DNA from: a virus
Taxonomy: Duplodnaviria > Caudoviricetes
Length of the DNA stretch: 32,124 bases
Direction: 5' to 3' (one strand)
Virus record (IMG/VR): IMGVR_UViG_3300038317_000117
Span: 1 to 32,124 of that record
Below are positions 26,177-32,124 of the stretch, in pieces; position 1 is the first letter of the stretch, and each line of letters begins with the position of its first letter. The translations under genes and the position numbers were made by a program. The notes under the pieces are model-generated. The model was not told the DNA's origin and searched no databases. It saw nothing but the letters and a program-made list of their open reading frames with translations.

Positions 26177-26384
26177 GGCACCATTTGGGGTTTTCTTTAC
26201 CGGACCAGTCATTGGCAAATTTGATTTTTCGTATTTTCGGCGTGGCTGTGCAGTAATAAGTCCAGTTTTTTAGTTTGCTTATCCCGGAGATAACGTGCCC
26301 GTTGTACATGAGTAGGGTTGTATTTCCTGTCTCGCGGTCGGGTCTGGCGTATCCAAGGGATTGGCATGTATCGCATTGCGGCAA
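26145..26384 (-). CDS. Small Cys-motif phage protein
   Basis: CxxC...C...PKWCP; TTG behind GGAGGT. Confidence 0.6.
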   Translation of the reverse strand: MPQCDTCQSLGYARPDRETGNTTLLMYNGHVISGISKLKNWTYYCTATPKIRKIKFANDWSGKENPKWCPKRKSPSKTD

Positions 26385-26390
26385 TTTGGT

Positions 26391-26714
26391 TCACCTCCTT
26401 CCAATCTCCGTGTACTTCCGGAATAAAACACAATCGCCTAAAGTGGATATCTCCAGTGGGTCACCTTCAGTTATATCCATGGTTTTCCTGATATTCTTAG
26501 GGATTACTATCCTGCCCAGGTCGTCAATTCTCCGGATTATGCCCGTCGGTTTGAACGTTGGCATCTCAATTTCCACCATTTGCTCAGTCCAGCGCTCAAT
26601 TTTCTCTACCTGCCTTTTTACATACTGGTCAAGGTTGCTGCCGCCTGATGCTATGTAACTGCCTATACGGCGTTCGGCATCTTCGATCAGGGCGACGTAG
26701 TCTGGTGTACTCAT
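26391..26714 (-). CDS. AbrB/SpoVT-type DNA-binding domain with an extra N-terminal domain
   Basis: TGIIRRIDDLGRIVIPKNIRKTMDITEGDPLEI. Confidence 0.88.
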   Translation of the reverse strand: MSTPDYVALIEDAERRIGSYIASGGSNLDQYVKRQVEKIERWTEQMVEIEMPTFKPTGIIRRIDDLGRIVIPKNIRKTMDITEGDPLEISTLGDCVLFRKYTEIGRR

Positions 26715-26732
26715 GGGTTAGGGCCTCCTTTC

Positions 26733-27386
26733 CTATCTGTTTGCCTTAAAAAAGGCATTTGCAAACCCCGAAGGGGTTATAGCTCTTAGTGCTGCCCTAT
26801 CTAGGTTTAAATGCTTATATTCTTCCGGGCATTTCGGATTTGCCATCAATCTGCCATGTCGATGCTGATCTTTATATTGGATCGCTAAGGACTGCGGCAT
26901 CTGACGACGGACGAGACGCGGAGGACTAAAATACCCCCATAGATCGGTAGGTTTAATACCCATATCCCCAAACTGCCACTGCTCGAAGGTGAAAACCGGT
27001 TTGCCTAAAAATTGCCTCAGCAACCCAACGGGATTTTCTAAAGCCCAAAACTTCAACTTTCCGTGTAGGCGGCAGTGCCATATGATTTTCAAGCAGGCGG
27101 CTACTGTTTCCATACCGGCTGCCAGATCGCGCGGCCTGTTGCCTTTCGCCAGACTGAACTCTGTACACGGTGGCGCGACTAAGATGCCGTAAATATCTTC
27201 GTATAGGACCGTCAGATTTTCATGGTATGGAATGTCCTGCCGGATAAACTCCAGGGAGTACGTATTAAAATGAACTTTGGTTACATCCTGCCGCGGTAAT
27301 GTTATAACATGTGTTATGTACCCCGCTTCCCGGTATGGCCTGGACCATGCCCCGGTGCCTCCGCAAAGATCGAGTATGATTTTCAC
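26733..27386 (-). CDS. Short C5-cytosine DNA methyltransferase-like protein (orphan)
   Basis: Motif I ILDLCGGTG, motif IV APPCTEFS, motif VI LENP, KPTDLWG. Confidence 0.8.
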   Translation of the reverse strand: MKIILDLCGGTGAWSRPYREAGYITHVITLPRQDVTKVHFNTYSLEFIRQDIPYHENLTVLYEDIYGILVAPPCTEFSLAKGNRPRDLAAGMETVAACLKIIWHCRLHGKLKFWALENPVGLLRQFLGKPVFTFEQWQFGDMGIKPTDLWGYFSPPRLVRRQMPQSLAIQYKDQHRHGRLMANPKCPEEYKHLNLDRAALRAITPSGFANAFFKANR

Positions 27387-27401
27387 GTTATCCCTCCTTT
27401 C

Positions 27402-27620
27402 CTAATTTCTCGCCGTCATCCATCGGGCCAGGCCGACCACGGGAATATAGTACTTGCCCTTGCCCCCCAGCCGTTTAGCCGGAAAATCTTTGTCAGCCAA
27501 TAGGGTTTGCCGGTGGCATCTGAGCATTTTACAGACTTCCGGCAAAGTCAGCACTTCCAGGCCCGGGTAGCGTTCGGCCAGGTGCTCTAATTGCTCTCGG
27601 TATCCGTCCGATTCACGCAT
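27402..27620 (-). CDS. Excisionase-like HTH protein
   Basis: VLTLPEVCKMLRCHRQTL...GKYYIP; ATG at 27620 behind GGAGG; follows cro. Confidence 0.7.
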   Translation of the reverse strand: MRESDGYREQLEHLAERYPGLEVLTLPEVCKMLRCHRQTLLADKDFPAKRLGGKGKYYIPVVGLARWMTARN

Positions 27621-27645
27621 TGGGTATCGCCTCCTTTTGTGTCTT

Positions 27646-27852
27646 TTAGGAAACGACGGAAGCAAAAAAAATACCCATAGGCGAGTCCAAATCGAGATAT
27701 GCGACGATTTGCTCTATTTCACTCTGGGTAAACTCAGAAGTACCCTTGCATTTACGGTAAAATGCAGATCTACTCATTTTTAAATGCTTGCATAGCATGG
27801 CTATTGTAATGTTTTTTTTCGCCATTTCATATCTTAAGCGATTAGAATCCAT
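27646..27852 (-). CDS. Cro-like XRE HTH repressor
   Basis: LCKHLKMSRSAFYRKCKGTSEFTQSEI; divergent from cI. Confidence 0.88.
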   Translation of the reverse strand: MDSNRLRYEMAKKNITIAMLCKHLKMSRSAFYRKCKGTSEFTQSEIEQIVAYLDLDSPMGIFFASVVS

Positions 27853-27873
27853 TTCAGAGTTACCTCCCTTCTC

Positions 27874-27988
27874 GTTTCCTTTACGACACCATTATAACGT
27901 GGACTTTTAAAATAATCAATAGCCTTTAAGAAACTTTTTATGCGCTGTGAATATAAATGTTGCATATAAGACACAATGTTAATATAAT
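27874..27988. promoter_or_regulatory. Lysis/lysogeny switch: divergent promoters and 16-bp operators
   Basis: cro: TTGATT(27919-14)-17-TATAAT(27896-91); cI: TTGCAT(27960-65)-17-TATAAT(27983-88); sites GTTTCCTTTACGACAC, ATAGCCTTTAAGAAAC, GTTGCATATAAGACAC. Confidence 0.75.
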
Positions 27989-28003
27989 AAGACGTGAGGT
28001 GAT

Positions 28004-28639
28004 TTGTGCATGGATATGAAAGATATTATAAAAAGCCAACGCGAAAAGCTAAAGCTAACATATGAAGAAATAGGTAATTACGTAGGCGTTGGTAAAAGTA
28101 CAGTGAAAAAATGGGAGTCCGGTTATATTGCTAATATGAGAAGAGATAAAATTCAAAAATTAGCGGAAGTCCTACGGGTTACACCTGATTATTTAATGGG
28201 TTGGGAATCTAATGTAACTCCTATTTCCCTACCTAAAAATGTAGTTCATATTCCTGTTCTCGGCTCTATTCCAGCCGGAACAGCTGTGGAGGCAGTCCAG
28301 GATATCATAGAGTGGGTAGATATTCCGGAGGAATGGACACACGGAGGATATCAGTATTTTGGCTTGACGGTGAAGGGAGATAGCATGTATCCCGAATATT
28401 TAGAGGAGGATGTTGTTATTCTTCGAAAGCAAGGTTGTTGTGAGTCTGGCGACGATTGCGCCGTAATGGTGAATGATCAGGACGCCACTTTAAAAAAAGT
28501 ACGTATATGCGAGGATGGCCTGGAATTAGAAGCCATTAATCCGATGTACGGTAAGAAGAAATTCACAGTGAAGGAGGTGAAGCAATTACCTGTAAATATT
28601 TTAGGCGTAGTAGTGGAACTTAGACGAAAAAAGAAATGA
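28004..28639 (+). CDS. CI-like repressor (XRE HTH plus S24 autopeptidase)
   Basis: HTH GVGKSTVKKWESG; IPAG cleavage site; VKGDSM; ATLKK. Confidence 0.93.
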   Translation: MCMDMKDIIKSQREKLKLTYEEIGNYVGVGKSTVKKWESGYIANMRRDKIQKLAEVLRVTPDYLMGWESNVTPISLPKNVVHIPVLGSIPAGTAVEAVQDIIEWVDIPEEWTHGGYQYFGLTVKGDSMYPEYLEEDVVILRKQGCCESGDDCAVMVNDQDATLKKVRICEDGLELEAINPMYGKKKFTVKEVKQLPVNILGVVVELRRKKK

Positions 28640-28640
28640 G

Positions 28641-29675
28641 GTGAAATCTATGGCGAAAAAATCAAAATATTCTATCCGCTCTGATGGACTGCACGAAGCA
28701 ATCCGGGTTATAAATGGCAAGCGAGTGGCTTTCCGCGGGAAAACTGACGCTATTGTCGAGAGGAAGATGATTGAATATAGGGAAAGGGAAGAACGCGGAC
28801 CGCTTTTTAAAGACGTTGCAGAGAAATGGAAGGAGGAATATTTTCCGGCATTATCACCGGGAACACTCAGGTGCTATACAGCCGCGTATAATCGCGCAGT
28901 AGACCGTTTTCGGGATATACCCATCAAAGAACTCACTGTAAATGACATTGATGCGCTACTCCAAAGCATGGGACGGCAAAAATTTGCTAGGAAAACTGTT
29001 GCTAATCAGCGCATTGTCATTAACCTGATTTGCCGATCGGCTGTATTAGACGGCGTCCTTAGATATAATCCTTGTGCTGAAGCCAAGGTACCCAAGGGCC
29101 TGAAAACTACACCACGATTATTGCCATCCGATGAAGAGCTGGAAATCGTAAAGGGGGGCTGGAATAAACCTAATGGGCTGTTGCCTTACTTTATTCTTTA
29201 TACAGGCTGCCGCAAGGGGGAGGCTCTGGCTCTCGATCATAAAGATATTGACCGAAAAAAGAAAATCATCACTATTAATAAATCTCTCACATATATCGGC
29301 TCAAAGCCAGCGCTTAAGGAGCCTAAGACCGCTGCCGGAATTAGGGAGATAATCCTGTTGGATAATCTAGCCGAAGTTCTACCCCGCGGCATCGGTTTAG
29401 TCTTTCCAGGTAAAGACGGAGGGTTGATGAAACCGGGAGCGTATGAGCGCACCTGGGGCCGCTGGCAAAAGCAGGCGAAAGTTACCTTGACAGCCCATCA
29501 ATTAAGGCACGGGTATGCTACTATGCTTTTTGAAGCGGGAATATCGGAGAGGGATGCAATGGAACTGCTTGGTCATACGGATATAGCCCTGACGCACAAA
29601 ATTTATACCCATATCCGGAAATCCAGGAAAGAGGAGACAGCTGCTATTCTTAATCAAGCCGCTAAGACATTTTGA
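28641..29675 (+). CDS. int: Tyrosine integrase
   Basis: YTGCRKGE, PKT, HQLRHGY, LLGH, IYTH. Confidence 0.95.
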   Translation: MKSMAKKSKYSIRSDGLHEAIRVINGKRVAFRGKTDAIVERKMIEYREREERGPLFKDVAEKWKEEYFPALSPGTLRCYTAAYNRAVDRFRDIPIKELTVNDIDALLQSMGRQKFARKTVANQRIVINLICRSAVLDGVLRYNPCAEAKVPKGLKTTPRLLPSDEELEIVKGGWNKPNGLLPYFILYTGCRKGEALALDHKDIDRKKKIITINKSLTYIGSKPALKEPKTAAGIREIILLDNLAEVLPRGIGLVFPGKDGGLMKPGAYERTWGRWQKQAKVTLTAHQLRHGYATMLFEAGISERDAMELLGHTDIALTHKIYTHIRKSRKEETAAILNQAAKTF

Positions 29676-29755
29676 TTTACTGTGTAGTTACTGTGTAGAT
29701 TGACTAGTCAAAACCCATATTTTTTATCATTTTTTCACACTTACAAAAGGCAAGC

Positions 29756-29803
29756 AAAAACCCCTGCGACTCCGCATTTCTACGATAATCACAAGGGCTT
29801 TTT
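29756..29803 (-). terminator. Hairpin 3' of the tRNA core (terminator for the restored tRNA and/or int)
   Basis: - strand AAAAAGCCCTTGTGA...TCGCAGGGGTTTTT pairs with G-U. Confidence 0.55.
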
Positions 29804-29816
29804 AAAATTAAAATCA

Positions 29817-29840
29817 TGGTGTCGGAGGCGGGACTTGAAC
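29817..29840 (-). other. tRNA 3'-end fragment (att core; possibly tRNA-Leu)
   Basis: GTTCAAGTCCCGCCTCCGACACCA = T loop, T stem, acceptor 3' strand, A73, CCA; no 5' half present. Confidence 0.8.
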
Positions 29841-29917
29841 TCTATTGAAATTGTTTACTGGCGGGTTTTGGTAGGCCTACTGTGTAGGTACTGTGTAGTG
29901 TGTATTTTAGCCGGGGC

Positions 29918-30106
29918 TCATTCCCCGGCCTTTTGAATCGCCCCCAACTGGTCCAGGTTCCACAGCTGGCGGGTCTGCAGTTCCTTCTTCCGTCGCATCA
30001 GGCGCAATTCTTCCACCGGTTCGGCGGCAGTTTCAATCTGCTCTCTTACCTGCTCTATCTCGGCCAGGGTATCCGCTATGGCCTGCTGCAGCTCGTCGCG
30101 GGTCAT
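29918..30106 (-). CDS. Small coiled-coil protein
   Basis: 62 aa; ATGA-coupled to the upstream HTH gene. Confidence 0.65.
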   Translation of the reverse strand: MTRDELQQAIADTLAEIEQVREQIETAAEPVEELRLMRRKKELQTRQLWNLDQLGAIQKAGE

Positions 30107-30315
30107 GATTCTTCATCCGGGACACGTTCCAGTATATCCCCTACCTTCACCCCTAGGCAGGAACAAAGTTTATCTAGGGTTTCTATGTCAACTCTTTTCG
30201 CCCTGCCGTGGTATAACTCTGCTACCGTATTACGGGCCAAGCCCGACCTATTTACAACATCGGATATTTTAAGGCGCTTACGGCCCATTATTTCACTTAG
30301 CCTATTTTCAATCAT
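30103..30315 (-). CDS. XRE/Cro-C1 HTH regulator
   Basis: MIENRLSEIMG...SGLARNTVAELY...VDIETLDKLCSCLGVKVGDIL. Confidence 0.88.
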   Translation of the reverse strand: MIENRLSEIMGRKRLKISDVVNRSGLARNTVAELYHGRAKRVDIETLDKLCSCLGVKVGDILERVPDEES

Positions 30316-30472
30316 ATTATCACTCTCCTTAGCCATAAGGGTAACAAAGTTGATTATTTTAGTCAAGAAGTTAAAAATAATGCTTGACTTCCTGCTTATT
30401 AGTTATATAATATAATCAACAAGGTGGTTAAAACAACCATGAAGTTGGGCGCGATTGAAAGGAGCGGATAGC

Positions 30473-30682
30473 ATGAACAAACTAAAAATAAAAACTGAGG
30501 ATAAAAGATTAATTAAAGAATATGTTAAGTGGTGCATCAAAAAAGGATTCTTCCCCAGCGAATACGAATGTTCAGGGCTCATCAATAACATGAACCAGGA
30601 GCATAGATGTCTAGTTGAAGAAAACTTATATTATATAGCACTTTCCCTATCTCTGCATAGTTCGGCACAAGTAATACTCTGA
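30473..30682 (+). CDS. Small hypothetical protein divergent from the HTH gene
   Basis: AAAGGAG RBS before ATG; upstream TTGACT-16-TATAAT (30384-30411). Confidence 0.5.
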   Translation: MNKLKIKTEDKRLIKEYVKWCIKKGFFPSEYECSGLINNMNQEHRCLVEENLYYIALSLSLHSSAQVIL

Positions 30683-30799
30683 TTACCTTTTAGAAACTTA
30701 TACTTTCCCTATTACCCCATATCTCGGTATAGCTCTCCCTAAGTTTAGTATCATCATAGTATAACGTAGCACTAAATAGAAAGAGTCTTGACCATTTTG

Positions 30800-31237
30800 T
30801 TAGTCAGGACTCTTTTCCTCTGTTATGCTATTAATTTCTTTAAGTCGCTTTAGCCATTTTGTAATGGTACCATTATCGAAGAACGAAAGCAATGCACCAT
30901 CACTAAATCTTTCGGAGCGAACAGCACTCACAAGCAAGGCCATTATACATCTACCATCTAAAGCAGATACATCTTTTTCTTGTGTGGATTTCTTTTCCCA
31001 TACAATGTTGTTTTCTTCCAAGATGTCATTATAGCGATTTAGCTCATATTCTGGGTGCTCATCCATGAAAGCATAAACATCATCTGTAAAATGTCGTACC
31101 ATGTCTGAATGTGATACATAGGGAAGTTGTATGGGATTTTCTAAAGTACCTTTGCTATCCTTGTCAACTATCCATTTCCCTAACTTATCTTTTTCAATAT
31201 TGGGCAAGTAGTTAGTCAGTGATTTATAGACACTCAT
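30800..31237 (-). CDS. DUF6508-like protein
   Basis: PYV....V..F...VY; ALLVSAVRSERFSDGALLSFFDNGTITKWLKRL. Confidence 0.7.
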   Translation of the reverse strand: MSVYKSLTNYLPNIEKDKLGKWIVDKDSKGTLENPIQLPYVSHSDMVRHFTDDVYAFMDEHPEYELNRYNDILEENNIVWEKKSTQEKDVSALDGRCIMALLVSAVRSERFSDGALLSFFDNGTITKWLKRLKEINSITEEKSPD

Positions 31238-31252
31238 TAAATATCACACCTT

Positions 31253-31807
31253 TCAGATAAATGAATTGCTGATTTCTTCAAACCTATTCTCTATGAGGTA
31301 ATGGCTCATATCACGAATTTCCGCATATCCTCTGGTCTGATAAATCGTTTTGCTAGAATCAAATCCAAATCCAAACATTCTATCGTCCTTTGTTGGGTCT
31401 TTCTTCTGTTTAACTTCTGACATAAATAGAGCCATTTCCTTATTTGTGAAAGCAAGCATGATTGTGTCCCATACGGTGCTTTTGGCTCTTCCTTTTGATT
31501 TATCATCAGGGTACTTTGCATATATTCCCACCAGTATGTACCAATTTGCATTTTGTTGAATAGGGAACCGATTAAACCATAAATAATATGGATATGTTGC
31601 GTCAGCTTTTTCACTGTAATATGTTCGTGACATTTTAACTTGTATCGTATTGGACTTATTACATCCATTATCGTGACGATAGAGCAACAAGTCAATTCCT
31701 TTTTCTTGTGCTGAAGCTGGAATAAATATTGAAGCACCTTTTAATCTTTTTGATAGATAATCTGCAACTGCAAACTCTCCATACTGCATTGTAAATACAG
31801 GTTGCAT
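31253..31807 (-). CDS. Putative PD-(D/E)XK restriction-endonuclease-fold protein
   Basis: GEFAVADYL...EKGIDLLL...IQVKMSR: the E...D...QxK pattern. Confidence 0.65.
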   Translation of the reverse strand: MQPVFTMQYGEFAVADYLSKRLKGASIFIPASAQEKGIDLLLYRHDNGCNKSNTIQVKMSRTYYSEKADATYPYYLWFNRFPIQQNANWYILVGIYAKYPDDKSKGRAKSTVWDTIMLAFTNKEMALFMSEVKQKKDPTKDDRMFGFGFDSSKTIYQTRGYAEIRDMSHYLIENRFEEISNSFI

Positions 31808-31995
31808 CTGGTTTCTCCTTTACAAGTCTATGGATGTGTCAAAAAAACAAAATCTTGACATTTCCATTTTACCAGACTTCAACTCAAAACTCAATGCAAA
31901 TATTGATTGAATTATTACATCTTATTGTGTTATAGTTTTAGGTTGGTGTTTCAACTTATAATGTACTCAAAATGTATGGAGGTTTTTGAGACATT

Positions 31996-32051
31996 ATGGA
32001 TGATAAATTTATAATCACACCCAAGGAAGATAAGGCAGTTACTATGACAAT
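31996..32051 (+). pseudogene. 5' fragment of a small RHH/CopG-like gene interrupted by an IS end
   Basis: GGAGG RBS; MDDKFIITPKEDKAVTMTI breaks where TGTAAACGC begins. Confidence 0.5.
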
Positions 32052-32124
32052 TGTAAACGCTAAAATAAAGTGTACCAAAAACGCTAATGAAAAGTGTGCC
32101 ACTATAAAAAGTCAATAATGGGAA
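32052..32124. mobile_element. Terminus of a probable IS21-family insertion sequence
   Basis: Starts TGT; two 23-bp direct repeats at 24-bp period, AAACGCTAAAATAAAGTGTACCA and AAACGCTAATGAAAAGTGTGCCA. Confidence 0.65.

Larger units (their letters stand above)
29678..29898. other. Attachment site with attP architecture
   Basis: TACTGTGTAG at 29678, 29689, 29878, 29889 flanking the tRNA-derived core at 29817-29840. Confidence 0.8.
1..29900. mobile_element. Temperate myovirus-type phage/prophage (integrase to tape measure; continues beyond the left edge, possibly also right of att)
   Basis: Co-linear lysogeny, replication, packaging, head and contractile-tail modules; integrase next to a tRNA-derived att core. 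Confidence 0.95.

Noticed and set aside
29817-29900. Complete tRNA gene
   Set aside because: Similarity stops at the T loop; no 5' T stem, anticodon, D arm or acceptor 5' strand
29700-30415. + strand ORFs across the att site and HTH genes
   Set aside because: They run through the tRNA core, arm repeats or opposite better-supported genes
1-32124. Diversity-generating retroelement, retron, intron/intein or alternative genetic code
   Set aside because: No reverse transcriptase or TR/VR pair seen; terminase, polymerase and helicase have normal uninterrupted lengths in code 11

Overview
Almost the whole window is a temperate Firmicute (Clostridia-like) myophage genome, mostly on the - strand. 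From right to left it carries a tyrosine integrase and a cI/cro switch; an early region (two orphan DNA methyltransferases, an AbrB/SpoVT-domain protein, a sigma-70-type factor, an 8-aa repeat protein); a replication module (Cas4-like DUF2800 nuclease, DUF2815 SSB, family A DNA polymerase, primase/VirE, VRR-NUC, SNF2 helicase); late activators; terminase, SPP1-like portal, MuF, scaffold and capsid; and a PBSX/Xkd-type contractile tail running into the tape measure at the left edge. Next to the integrase a 24-bp tRNA 3'-end core has paired TACTGTGTAG arm repeats on BOTH sides, which looks like an intact attP rather than a normal attL/attR. Beyond it lies an AT-rich accessory block (XRE HTH, DUF6508-like protein, PD-(D/E)XK-like nuclease) and a small RHH-like gene cut by a probable IS21-family end. 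Several features absent from the ORF track were read directly from the sequence: a -1 frameshift tail chaperone, a BC1881-like gene, operators, a replication-origin repeat cluster, a short antisense transcription unit and a structured leader before the scaffold gene. All family names come from motif recognition; no database search was run.
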